A stretch of DNA of 64,000 nt from Gracilimonas sp. (GTDB lineage Bacteria; Bacteroidota; Rhodothermia; Balneolales; Balneolaceae). The notes under the pieces were generated by a model. That model saw only the letters and a list, made by a program, of their open reading frames with translations, made no database searches and was not told the origin of the DNA. Below are positions 40,026 to 50,185 of this stretch, piece by piece. The stretch lies in NCBI RefSeq assembly GCF_035704785.1, contig NZ_DASSWP010000030.1:17112-81111 (forward strand). The letters run 5' to 3'. The position numbers and the translations under genes are program-made. Position 1 is the stretch's first letter, and every line of letters begins with the position of its first letter.

Positions 40026-43000
40026 ATGCATAATTTAAAGGATTTCTTTAAGAGCATGTTATTTTTTAGCATGCTCTTTCTGTTTTACAATCATAATATT
40101 TTGGCACAAAATGTTTCTGTACAACGTACCCATGCTATTTCCAGTCAACAACCACAGCTAAGTGAAGATTTGAATGCTATCGGGACTCTGAATATTATTG
40201 CTATTATGGTGGAATTCCAGCCCGATAGTAATCGCCTTACATCAGGCACAGGAATATTCGGGACGGACGGAATGGAAGGCCTTCCCTATCTCCAAAATGC
40301 CTCAGATTTTCGGGTCGAGCCTCTGCCCCATGATATTAACTACTTTGAAGCCCACCTGGAATTCGCAAAGAACTATTACGAAAAATCTTCCGATGGCCAA
40401 TTAACTTTAAACTACCAAGTACTTCCAGATATCTACCGTCTCCCCAAAAAGATGGAAGAATATTCGCCAATTGGAGAAACATTTACTTACGAAAAAATAG
40501 CTGAACTTGCCCGCGATGCCTGGCAACAAGTTGAAAACGGAGTGAATTTCGACAATACCGGCCTTGATCCGGAAAACACAGCCTTCATTATTTTTCATGC
40601 CGGTGTGGGGCGGGATATTGAGCTTACTGGAACCAACCTTGATATCACTCCGTATGATATTCCTTCACTCTATCTTCGAAAAGAACAACTCGGCAATTTA
40701 TTAGATGAACCTTCATTCAATGGTTTTCCGGTTAATGACGGGTCCTTTAGAGTTACTAACTCATTGATCATACCTCGCACGGAGTCACGCCGAGGACTTG
40801 ATATTCAAGACATTGAGTTCGTGTTTCCACTTTCAATTAATGGGTTGTTAATTGCTTCCATTGCCAGCCATTTAGGTTTACCGGATCTATTCAATACTGA
40901 AACGGGAGATCCCGGAATCGGGCGGTTTGGGCTAATGGATGGTGCCGGTTTCTTTGCATACAACGGTCTGCTTCCTCCCGAACCCTCAGCCTGGGAAAAA
41001 ATATACCTAGGTTGGGAGACTCCTTTTATTATAGATAAAAATATATCCGGGGATATTTCACTCCCGGCAAGTTCTCTTGCCCTATCCAACAGTATTGCCA
41101 AATATGAACTGTCGGATTTTGAATACTTTTTGATAGAAAACCGACACCGAGACCCTGATAATAATGGGATTACCATAACCATTCGTAAACCGGATGGTTC
41201 CGAAGTTCAGCAAACTTTTACCAATCAGGATATGGCATTCGTTTTTCAGGAAGCTGATTTTGATAAATTATTAGAGGCAGGTACTTTCGTAAATGCTACC
41301 AATTTTGATTTTAGTCTGCCGGGCGGGTTATATACCGGTGGAGATCAAAATGATCCTTCTGACGATCGGAATTTAAATGGGGGTATTCTGATATGGCATA
41401 TTGATGAGTCTGTAATTAATACTCAACTAGAAAATGATCGCGTGAATGCGGATCCTGACAGAAGAGGTGTGGATCTGGAAGAAGCAGATGGAGCGCAAGA
41501 TATTGGACAACCTGTTCCCGGTGCACTAAATAACACTGCTGCATTTGGGACTGCTTTTGACTTTTGGTGGTCCGGTAATGATTATCGTGTGATTTTAGAA
41601 ACAGGAAGTGAAGTCAGCCTTTACGAAAACAGATTTAGTTTTGATACATATCCTGATAATCGAAGTAATTCCGGCGCGCCATCCTTTTTCGAATTATATG
41701 GCTTCTCCGAAAATCAACCTATAGCTACTTTTAATATCCGCCCGGCAGAACCAAATACTAAATTATATACCTCAGGATTTACAACTCAGTTAGACACTTC
41801 GAAAAGTTACTTTACTGCAGAAGACGACCCCTATTTCAAATATTTCCCTTTTTCACTTTCCATTTATGAGACACCAACTGATACCTTTCTGATCGTACCT
41901 GATCAGGAATCTGTAACAGCAGTATCCATTTCTGATCCTGTAAATATGCAATATCAACTTACGGATGTCTCCGTACAGCAACCCTTTATAGCTGATAACC
42001 TTATCCTGGCGACTAAACCGGGTAATGGCTCCGGTAGTATTGATATAGCTTCATTGAATTGGAATACAACCTCTTTTGACACTGTCTGGACTGCCACACT
42101 CCCTCAAAACAAAGGTTTTTTAAGTTCCCAAAATGGGGAAATTCTACATGCCGATCTTACAGCTTCCGGCCTGGACGCTGGCAACGGAGACGTTGTATCT
42201 GTAAGTACCACTCCTTCTCAGAGATCGGAGATCATAAATGGTGAGTTTTCCGAAGCATCAAATTCAGGGGTGGTTTTTTCTTCTATACCAAACTTCACCT
42301 TTCATCCGGAATCTATTCAAGGGAGGCTTTATACCGGCTCTATTCAGTTAGGAAACCGGATGATATTTTACGTTTTTGAAGATAATAAATACTCAGTTAT
42401 AGACCCGAATTTGGCTGATCCTGAATTAACAATTTTTGAAGAATCCAATGCTGAATGGCCGGCAATACTTGAGAATGCCTCAATTTTACGGGTCGACAAA
42501 ATTAATAACCGCTTGATCGGGATCAATAAAATCGGAGGGACTCAAAACTTTACACCTATTCAGGCCCCTGCAGGAATAAAATTTATTGGCACACCCCTAT
42601 TCACTGACCTCATTAGTTCAGATAGTGAATACGCCTCACTCGTCATAGGGCAAGACAGCCTTTCGATGAATATCTATGCCTACCGAGAAGGTGGCAGATC
42701 GGTGAATGGGTTTCCCTTATATATAGGAAGAGCAGTATCCGGCAATGCACAACCGATTCATCCTATTATCTACCAAGGCACTCTTTATGCTGTCAGTCAT
42801 AAAGGAGCGCTGAAATCCTGGAATCTGACGCAAGTCACAGATACAAAATGGAGCAGCAGGTACGGAAATAATACTTTTAATAAAGTCTCTGCACGTGTAA
42901 ATGATACTTTCCCTGGAAATCCTTCCGGTTTTGGAGTGTTAAATGAAGCCGAGACCTATAACTGGCCAAACCCTGCCAATAATGAAACTAATATTCGATT

Positions 43001-43217
43001 TCAGATAGCTCCACCGGGCGGAATAATTCAAGTAACGGTAATAACCATGAGTGGCCGTATTATCTTTGAGGAAACCGTTACCTCACCCGGAGGCTTTCCG
43101 CAGGAAATTCTGGTTAATACTCAGAACTGGAGCAGTGGCGGATATGTAGCACGGGTAAAGGCTACTGTTGACGGTAAGACTGAAACCAAACTCATCAAAA
43201 TTGGCGTGGTACACTAA
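40026..43217 (+). CDS. M6/immune-inhibitor-A-like protein with a degenerate zinc site and a C-terminal T9SS sorting domain
   Basis: IIFHAGVG, LGLPDLF, GRFGLMDGAG, SAWEK, YFLIENR, GILIWHIDE, GVDLEEADG; ends YNWPNP...KIGVVH. Confidence 0.75.
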   Translation: MHNLKDFFKSMLFFSMLFLFYNHNILAQNVSVQRTHAISSQQPQLSEDLNAIGTLNIIAIMVEFQPDSNRLTSGTGIFGTDGMEGLPYLQNASDFRVEPLPHDINYFEAHLEFAKNYYEKSSDGQLTLNYQVLPDIYRLPKKMEEYSPIGETFTYEKIAELARDAWQQVENGVNFDNTGLDPENTAFIIFHAGVGRDIELTGTNLDITPYDIPSLYLRKEQLGNLLDEPSFNGFPVNDGSFRVTNSLIIPRTESRRGLDIQDIEFVFPLSINGLLIASIASHLGLPDLFNTETGDPGIGRFGLMDGAGFFAYNGLLPPEPSAWEKIYLGWETPFIIDKNISGDISLPASSLALSNSIAKYELSDFEYFLIENRHRDPDNNGITITIRKPDGSEVQQTFTNQDMAFVFQEADFDKLLEAGTFVNATNFDFSLPGGLYTGGDQNDPSDDRNLNGGILIWHIDESVINTQLENDRVNADPDRRGVDLEEADGAQDIGQPVPGALNNTAAFGTAFDFWWSGNDYRVILETGSEVSLYENRFSFDTYPDNRSNSGAPSFFELYGFSENQPIATFNIRPAEPNTKLYTSGFTTQLDTSKSYFTAEDDPYFKYFPFSLSIYETPTDTFLIVPDQESVTAVSISDPVNMQYQLTDVSVQQPFIADNLILATKPGNGSGSIDIASLNWNTTSFDTVWTATLPQNKGFLSSQNGEILHADLTASGLDAGNGDVVSVSTTPSQRSEIINGEFSEASNSGVVFSSIPNFTFHPESIQGRLYTGSIQLGNRMIFYVFEDNKYSVIDPNLADPELTIFEESNAEWPAILENASILRVDKINNRLIGINKIGGTQNFTPIQAPAGIKFIGTPLFTDLISSDSEYASLVIGQDSLSMNIYAYREGGRSVNGFPLYIGRAVSGNAQPIHPIIYQGTLYAVSHKGALKSWNLTQVTDTKWSSRYGNNTFNKVSARVNDTFPGNPSGFGVLNEAETYNWPNPANNETNIRFQIAPPGGIIQVTVITMSGRIIFEETVTSPGGFPQEILVNTQNWSSGGYVARVKATVDGKTETKLIKIGVVH

Positions 43218-46200
43218 TGAGGCAACTGAAGCATTTATTGGCTATTTGTACTCTGGCTGCTTTGCTTCCTGCTATAGGTATGGCCCAAACGGATGTTCAG
43301 CTTTACGACTACCCCAATAATCACCTGGATTGGTTTACTATTGAAAGTGAGCATTTTCTCGTTCATTTCCAGCAAGGAAACAGCCGTACTGCTCAAATAG
43401 CTTCCCGAATAGCAGAAGAAATCTACCCCCCTATTACCAACCTGTATCAATATGAACCGGAAGGTAAAGTAAGCATTGTTCTAAAAGACCGGGAAGATTA
43501 TTCAAATGGAGCTGCTTACTTTTTTGACAACAAGATCGATATTTGGGTTCCTGCTCTCGATACACCATTACGGGGAACTCATAATTGGCTCAGAAATGTG
43601 ATCACGCATGAATATGTACATATTGTACAAATTCAGAAGGGAATGAAGCGATCAAGAAAGATACCTGCTTTATATTTGCAATGGCTTTCATATGAAAATG
43701 TACGGAGACCGGATGTTCTATATGGCTTTCCTAAAGGTATTATTACAATGCCTTTCGCTACCGTAAATATTCCGGCCTGGCTTGCAGAGGGCACAGCCCA
43801 ATATCAAACTGCCGGACTTTTTTATGAAACATGGGACAGTCACCGGGATATGATCTTAAGGACGCGTATTCTCACTGATACTTATTTTACGCTTGATGAA
43901 ATGGCCATATTTTCATCTAAATCAAGTTTGGAGAGGGAAATAGTGTACAATCAGGGCTTCGCATTTGTGATATATTTAGCGAATCGCTTTGGTGACCCGG
44001 TATTGCGGAAGATAACAGAAGCTTTAAGCCAAAAAGGAGTCTATTCTGTAAATAAAGCTATTGAAATTGCCACTGGCATCTCCGGAGATCAGGTTTTTGA
44101 AGACTGGATTGCTGAACGAAAGACATTTTATGCAAAAGCGATCGAAACCATAAACCCAACTCCTTCAGTAACAGTTGAGCCAAAAGGTTTCTTCAATTTT
44201 TATCCACAGCTTTCCCCTGATGCAACCAAGCTTGCGTATCTATCCAACAAAGGAACTGATTACGGCTTACTTTCACTTTACCTCAAAGATGTAAGCGGTA
44301 AAGAAACTGAGATAGCTACAGTCTATAACTTTGCACATCAAGACGGTCAAACTCATTTAAGACAAAGCCAACCGGTATTGAACTACCTGGAAACCTCTTT
44401 TTCTTTTTCTCCAACCGGAGAAAAAATTACCTATGCCATCAACAAAAAAAATAAGTACGGTGAGCGATACCGGGATATTTTTATTTATGATATCGAATCA
44501 CACCAAAGCGAAAGGCTCACAAAAAGTGCACGCATACAATTTCCAAACTGGAATAATAATGGGGATAAAATAGCAGCTGTTCAAAATTCACAAGGCACGC
44601 AAAACCTTGTTCTACTTTATCCTGAGCATCCGGATTCGGTAACTCAGCTTACCCAATACAGCAACGGGGAGACTATATTTACCCCTCAGTGGTCTCCGGA
44701 TGGATCTAAGGTCTATTTTTCCACTTCAGATCTGAACAATCGCAACATCCACATTTATGACATGGATTCGGGTAAGATCACTCCTTTACTCAATGATCCT
44801 TATATCGATTACCGAGATCCTTTCCCCGGGCCAAATGGAGAGTATTTATACTATTCATCTGATTTAGAAGGGATCTTCAATATTTACCGCTTACCCCTGA
44901 ATGGAGGAGAACCTCAAAAGCTTACTGCGGTTATAGGCGGTGCCTTTATGCCTTACATCAGTGATAACGGCCAATTATATTTTTCAGAATATCTATTCGA
45001 TGGATATAAGATCAAGACTGTAGATATAGCCGATCTTTTAGCTCATTCGGAAATGGGATTCTATGAGCCCGAGTATTCAGATGATATCAGCGTAGCCGGG
45101 ACCGATCTTAGTTATATCTACAAGCTGAATGATTTCGATGACTCAGATATTCGTCCCTTTCCTGAAAAGATCCGGGCTATCTCAGATACTGGAACCTATC
45201 ATTTTACAATCAGCAGTATTAACGACAATGAAGATCGAAGCTATAGAAAATATGAAGATACCTATTCAAGTTTTAGTTTCTTTCCTGTTCTTCGCTTTGA
45301 TAACTACTCTCAGAAGTATGGCAACAACGGCTCTTTAATTAAAAATGGAAAGTTTGGGAAGCTCGGGCAAAACCTTTTGCGTGATGCAAAACCCGGGGTC
45401 TACTTTTCTTCCCGGGACGTGATTGACAAGCTGAGCCTTTTTGGCGGCCTGATGGTAGGATTAGCATCACAGCCCGCAGATGGTATCGGTGAGTTCTTTA
45501 GGCCTGATCGCTTATTTGGGCTCGATCGGGATGCCTTTTTAATAGCAGAACATCGCGGGCTTCCCTTTATCGAAAGAAGCTGGTCTCCAACCGTTGCCGT
45601 TGAAATTTATAATATGAGAAGAAATGTAGCCGATGGGCTCTCCATTGAAGAATTTCCATGCACATCCTGTCTTCCGGATACCATCAGTACTGACATTGCA
45701 TATGACATTTGGGAAGCCGGTTTATTCTTTCGCAGCAAATTAAGCAGACGCAGCCTCCTGGAGTTAGGTGTTTCATATAGCCCTTATACCGTATCTACCG
45801 ATAACTTCTATTCCCGTGAATTACAACAACAGGTAAGCGGTTCATCTTCAGAATATTTTCGGGGAACTACATTATCCGCTTCTTATACCTTTGATTATTA
45901 TTTGTACTCTAATGATGCTGATATTGCCCCTTTGGGACTAAAAGGTTATTTAAGATATCAATATCAACCGTCAAAACTATTGGAAGAATATAAAATTGAT
46001 GGTGGTGCCCTAAAACCCGTCTATAAGAGTTCAGATAATCACTCAACTGAATTACATCTTCGTTATGGTTTAAAAACTATTGGAGATCAGGCGTTTCAGG
46101 CCCGGATTCGAGGTTTTCATTATTTCAATGATCCCGGTGATTCATTCTATTCAGATTACGTAGGTGGTTTCCTGGGAATGCGCAGTTATCCTTATTTCGC

Positions 46201-46576
46201 AATTGGGGGAAGCACTACCGGGTTTACCAGCTTATCCTGGTTTGCTCCTGTATATCGGGGCATTAATAAGCAAGCCGGTCCATATATCTTTGATAAAGTA
46301 TTCGCTCGTTTTTTCTTTGAAACAGGAAACGGCTGGAGAAGCCCCTATGATACCGGCAACAATTTAAAGTCAGGTGTTGGAGCTGAGCTGAGAGTAGCTA
46401 TGAATGGATACTATTTATTTCCCCTTAAATTTTTTATCAGCTCATCATACGGTTTTAATGAATTTACACTGACACTACCGGACGATTTTATCACCAACTC
46501 ACAAAGTAATCGGGTATCTTATGGACGCGAGTTGCTATTTCATTTCGGCTTAACATTTGACTTTGAACTGCTATGA
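43217..46576 (+). CDS. Exported protein with a gluzincin (HEYVH) domain, a PD40/TolB-like propeller and a probable C-terminal beta-barrel
   Basis: Signal peptide; VITHEYVH...AWLAEGTAQY; PQLSPD, PQWSPDG, PFPGPNG repeats; aromatic beta-strand C-terminus. Confidence 0.7.
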   Translation: MRQLKHLLAICTLAALLPAIGMAQTDVQLYDYPNNHLDWFTIESEHFLVHFQQGNSRTAQIASRIAEEIYPPITNLYQYEPEGKVSIVLKDREDYSNGAAYFFDNKIDIWVPALDTPLRGTHNWLRNVITHEYVHIVQIQKGMKRSRKIPALYLQWLSYENVRRPDVLYGFPKGIITMPFATVNIPAWLAEGTAQYQTAGLFYETWDSHRDMILRTRILTDTYFTLDEMAIFSSKSSLEREIVYNQGFAFVIYLANRFGDPVLRKITEALSQKGVYSVNKAIEIATGISGDQVFEDWIAERKTFYAKAIETINPTPSVTVEPKGFFNFYPQLSPDATKLAYLSNKGTDYGLLSLYLKDVSGKETEIATVYNFAHQDGQTHLRQSQPVLNYLETSFSFSPTGEKITYAINKKNKYGERYRDIFIYDIESHQSERLTKSARIQFPNWNNNGDKIAAVQNSQGTQNLVLLYPEHPDSVTQLTQYSNGETIFTPQWSPDGSKVYFSTSDLNNRNIHIYDMDSGKITPLLNDPYIDYRDPFPGPNGEYLYYSSDLEGIFNIYRLPLNGGEPQKLTAVIGGAFMPYISDNGQLYFSEYLFDGYKIKTVDIADLLAHSEMGFYEPEYSDDISVAGTDLSYIYKLNDFDDSDIRPFPEKIRAISDTGTYHFTISSINDNEDRSYRKYEDTYSSFSFFPVLRFDNYSQKYGNNGSLIKNGKFGKLGQNLLRDAKPGVYFSSRDVIDKLSLFGGLMVGLASQPADGIGEFFRPDRLFGLDRDAFLIAEHRGLPFIERSWSPTVAVEIYNMRRNVADGLSIEEFPCTSCLPDTISTDIAYDIWEAGLFFRSKLSRRSLLELGVSYSPYTVSTDNFYSRELQQQVSGSSSEYFRGTTLSASYTFDYYLYSNDADIAPLGLKGYLRYQYQPSKLLEEYKIDGGALKPVYKSSDNHSTELHLRYGLKTIGDQAFQARIRGFHYFNDPGDSFYSDYVGGFLGMRSYPYFAIGGSTTGFTSLSWFAPVYRGINKQAGPYIFDKVFARFFFETGNGWRSPYDTGNNLKSGVGAELRVAMNGYYLFPLKFFISSSYGFNEFTLTLPDDFITNSQSNRVSYGRELLFHFGLTFDFELL

Positions 46577-47532
46577 GAACATTGTTTTCCCTGCTTTTGA
46601 TTTTTGTGCCCTTTTCTATATCAGCGCAGTCACTGAGTGAATTCAATAATAATATTTTCAAAGAAACCGATCAGCAACCGGCTTTTACCGAAAAAGTTCA
46701 AATTTCGGATTTCAGATATCATCCGCCTTCTTCAGTCAGCAATTCTTTACTGGAAAGATCAAGAACTACTCCGGGTATAGCTTTTGCTGCATCTGCCATT
46801 ATTCCGGGGACGGGGCAAGCCGCTAATGGGAAATGGGTGCGTGCCGGAGTTTATTTCACTGCTGAAGTTTTAGGGATCATTTATCATCTTGACAGAAATG
46901 CCAAAGCACGAAAACAAGAAAGAGCTTATGAACAATTCACTCATAAAAACTGGAGTGTAGTAGCTTATGCCCAGTGGTTGGTAAACTATTCAGAGATACA
47001 TCAACTGGACAACGGGTGGCAATTACTCCAAAGTGAAATTAACGGAACCGTACCAAACTGGGGTAATACAAGACAAGACTGGAATCAGATCTCTATTTCC
47101 ATTCTTCGCAATGTTGAAAACCAAACCCCGTTTTATTTCAAAGACCGAATTGGAAGTAATTTTTCACATGAACTTCCAGACTATGGTTCTCAGCAGTATT
47201 ATGAACTGATCAGTAAATATTATCAATACCAGCCCGGTTGGCAAGATTGGTATGGAGCCATTACAACAGCCCCAAATCAAGACATTTCTATGTATAGATA
47301 TTTTTGGAATGGACAAGATGAACCTTTTGCACTTTTTTATGAAGGGCGTGACCGCGCAGAGGAATTCAACCAAAACTACCGTGTTGCAGGGAACATCTTA
47401 AAGCTCCTGCTGGTAAATCATGTAGTCTCCGCCTTTGATGCTTTATTTACAATCCAACTCAAAAACAGCCGTATTAAGACAGAGACTAACTTATTGAAAA
47501 TGGAACAATTTTCATTAACCTGGCACTTTTAA
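46573..47532 (+). CDS. Exported or outer-membrane hypothetical protein, DUF5683-like
   Basis: Signal peptide; SAIIPGTGQ..NGKW, NHVVSAFDA; ends LTWHF. Confidence 0.55.
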   Translation: MRTLFSLLLIFVPFSISAQSLSEFNNNIFKETDQQPAFTEKVQISDFRYHPPSSVSNSLLERSRTTPGIAFAASAIIPGTGQAANGKWVRAGVYFTAEVLGIIYHLDRNAKARKQERAYEQFTHKNWSVVAYAQWLVNYSEIHQLDNGWQLLQSEINGTVPNWGNTRQDWNQISISILRNVENQTPFYFKDRIGSNFSHELPDYGSQQYYELISKYYQYQPGWQDWYGAITTAPNQDISMYRYFWNGQDEPFALFYEGRDRAEEFNQNYRVAGNILKLLLVNHVVSAFDALFTIQLKNSRIKTETNLLKMEQFSLTWHF

Positions 47533-47555
47533 CCCGTTGATAGTTACCTTATTTT

Positions 47556-48398
47556 ATGAACATGCTTAAATACATATTCACTAACAAATACTTCTACATA
47601 GGCAGTGCCGCACTCGTTCTCTTTGGTGCACTCTTCCTTTTACTGGCTGATAAACTTATCATGCCCTATTACACAAATTATAACGAGGGAATAACTGTAC
47701 CCGATGTCACCAAAATATCTTTGGAGGAAGCTCAGACACTTTTAAACGGATATGGATTGCAATATGAGGTTACAGAGAGACGGGCAAACTCAGCCTATCC
47801 TTCTGATTATGTAATTGATCAAAGTCCGGGAGCGTCTAATATCGTAAAGCCTAACCGAAAAGTTTATCTCACCGTTAATACCGAGGTTAAACCACAGGTA
47901 GAAGTACCAATGTTGGTAGACCTGAACCTCAGGAATGCGGAGATACAACTTCAAAACTATGGTTTGGTTATGGGTTCCACAAGCTATGAGTCTTCCCGTT
48001 TTAGAAACGTTGTTCTTCGCCAGTCAGTCCCGGCAGGAATAACTGTGGAAAAAGGAACCGTTGTTGACTTAGTGATCAGTGACGGCTTGGGTGAAAGAAT
48101 GGTTACCGTGCCTGAAATCATCGGATTACGACTTTCTGAAGCACAACTTAGCTTAAGAAGAACCGGCTTAAATGTTGGAGAAGTACGTTTTAGGCCAACC
48201 AAAGATGTATCTCCAAATACGGTTTTAGATTACAGCCCCAAACAAGCAGAATTCAGGGAAGGTGAAACCCTTACATTGATAATATCTGAGCGTTTCGAAG
48301 CTGTTGAGCAAAGTGAGAGTGGTGCCGTGATCATTGATTCTACAGATAGTAATCCCGATTCAGTAAATACCGTTATACCCGATTCTCTAAATAATTAA
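47556..48398 (+). CDS. Membrane-anchored PASTA-domain protein (three PASTA repeats, no kinase)
   Basis: TM helix; VPDVTK, VPMLVD, VPEIIG repeat starts; VIDQSPG. Confidence 0.88.
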   Translation: MNMLKYIFTNKYFYIGSAALVLFGALFLLLADKLIMPYYTNYNEGITVPDVTKISLEEAQTLLNGYGLQYEVTERRANSAYPSDYVIDQSPGASNIVKPNRKVYLTVNTEVKPQVEVPMLVDLNLRNAEIQLQNYGLVMGSTSYESSRFRNVVLRQSVPAGITVEKGTVVDLVISDGLGERMVTVPEIIGLRLSEAQLSLRRTGLNVGEVRFRPTKDVSPNTVLDYSPKQAEFREGETLTLIISERFEAVEQSESGAVIIDSTDSNPDSVNTVIPDSLNN

Positions 48399-48419
48399 TC
48401 CAATTACAATAAGTACTAA

Positions 48420-49097
48420 ATGAATTTTGAACTCCCTATTCTCGCACCATCAATTTTAGCCGCAGACTTTACCAAACTAGGAAATAATATTGAAGATGCT
48501 GTAAAAGGGGGGACTTCATGGATCCATTGCGATATCATGGACGGGCATTTTGTACCAAATATCAGTTATGGGCCCGGTATCGTAAAAGCTGCTAAAAAAG
48601 CCGCCCCTGACGCCTTTTTCGATGTTCACCTGATGATCGAGAATCCGGACGATTATGTAGAAAGTTTTGTTGAAGCAGGTGCTGACCTGATCTCTGTTCA
48701 TTATGAGACTTGTCCCCACCTTCACCGCTCCATCCAAAACATCAAAAAATATGGATTGATGACCGGTGTAGTGGTCAATCCTGCAACTTCCCTGCATAAT
48801 ATTGAGCCTGTTTTAGCGGACGTTGATCTTGTGCTTATTATGAGTGTAAACCCAGGATTTGGAGGTCAAAGCTTTATTGAAAGCAGCTATGAAAAATTGA
48901 ATAGCTTAGCACAAATGAGAGAAGAGAAAGAGCTCAGCTTTCTCATACAGGTAGATGGCGGTGTAAATCTCAAGAACATTAAGAAAGTTGCTAAAGCAGG
49001 TGCCGACGTTTTAGTTGCCGGGAGCAGCGTTTTCAGTGCTAAGGATATTACTGCACGTGTTGAAGAGCTTACCGGTAAGCTTAAGCAGAACCTTTAA
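48420..49097 (+). CDS. rpe: Ribulose-phosphate 3-epimerase
   Basis: APSILAADF, HCDIMDGHFVPNISYG, DVHLMI, MSVNPGFGGQ, VDGG. Confidence 0.97.
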   Translation: MNFELPILAPSILAADFTKLGNNIEDAVKGGTSWIHCDIMDGHFVPNISYGPGIVKAAKKAAPDAFFDVHLMIENPDDYVESFVEAGADLISVHYETCPHLHRSIQNIKKYGLMTGVVVNPATSLHNIEPVLADVDLVLIMSVNPGFGGQSFIESSYEKLNSLAQMREEKELSFLIQVDGGVNLKNIKKVAKAGADVLVAGSSVFSAKDITARVEELTGKLKQNL

Positions 49098-49243
49098 TCA
49101 TTTTCGGGCTCTTATCGGTATCCCGCATCATTTCTGTTGCTAAATCCTTATCTTTAGGTATTAGATTCAATTAAATTTTTACTGCCATAAAAGACGAAAA
49201 AACACTTATCGAAAAAATTATCGAATTAGAGGGAGCTGATCCA

Positions 49244-50185
49244 ATGGCTCTTTTTGGGTTGCATGATCATAACCTCATTGCACTGGATAAATCTTTTCCT
49301 GAAACTAAATTCAATGCGCGTGGCAATCGTGTCAAATTAACCGGCCCTGCCGAAGAGGTTGAAACAGCTACAAAAGTGATCGAAGGTATGATCGAATTAC
49401 TTAACCGCAAAAGTAAAGTAGCTGAAGATGATGTAAACACATTGGTCAACCTGAAATCAGGGGAGAGCACAGCCAACAGGCCTCAGATCCATACTTTGGA
49501 TGGTGCTTCCGGAGATACGATCATCCATACCCATAACGGAGAGGCCATAACGGCCAAAACTCCGGGGCAACGCCGGATTGTCCAATCCTCCACTGAAAAT
49601 GATATTGTATTTGCTATCGGGCCGGCCGGAACCGGGAAAACCTACACTTCTGTTGCTTTAGCTGTACAGGCACTTAAAGACCGTAAAGTTCGAAAGATCA
49701 TTCTAGCACGACCTGCTGTTGAAGCCGGTGAAAACCTTGGTTTCTTACCCGGTGATCTGAAGGAAAAGATCGACCCGTATCTTCGTCCATTATATGATGC
49801 CCTGGAGGATATGATAGACCGCGACCGGCTTGAGCTGCATCTTGCAAAAAATATTATTGAGATCGCTCCTTTGGCATATATGAGGGGACGAACGCTGAAC
49901 AATGCTTTTGTGATCTTGGATGAGGCTCAAAATGCCACCAACACACAAATGAAAATGTTCCTGACGCGAATTGGCTTTAACAGTCGTGCCATCATTACCG
50001 GTGATATTACCCAAACTGATCTCCCCCGTCGTCAGGAATCAGGATTGATATCCATTCAAAAGATCCTTCAGGATATTGACGGCATCGATTTTGTGTATCT
50101 CGGCGAAGAGGATGTGGTACGCCACAAACTGGTTCGTGATATCATTAATGCCTATGAGAAGTTTGAGGGGAAGAATAAGAAGTAG
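49244..50185 (+). CDS. phoH: PhoH family ATPase; true start probably upstream near 49205-49208
   Basis: GPAGTGKT, RPAVEAGE, PLAYMRGRT, ILDEAQN, DVVRH. Confidence 0.93.
   Translation: MALFGLHDHNLIALDKSFPETKFNARGNRVKLTGPAEEVETATKVIEGMIELLNRKSKVAEDDVNTLVNLKSGESTANRPQIHTLDGASGDTIIHTHNGEAITAKTPGQRRIVQSSTENDIVFAIGPAGTGKTYTSVALAVQALKDRKVRKIILARPAVEAGENLGFLPGDLKEKIDPYLRPLYDALEDMIDRDRLELHLAKNIIEIAPLAYMRGRTLNNAFVILDEAQNATNTQMKMFLTRIGFNSRAIITGDITQTDLPRRQESGLISIQKILQDIDGIDFVYLGEEDVVRHKLVRDIINAYEKFEGKNKK

Noticed and set aside
40022-40033. Mini-ORF ATG-CAT-GCA-TAA overlapping the porV stop
   Set aside because: Three codons with no evidence of function; expected by chance
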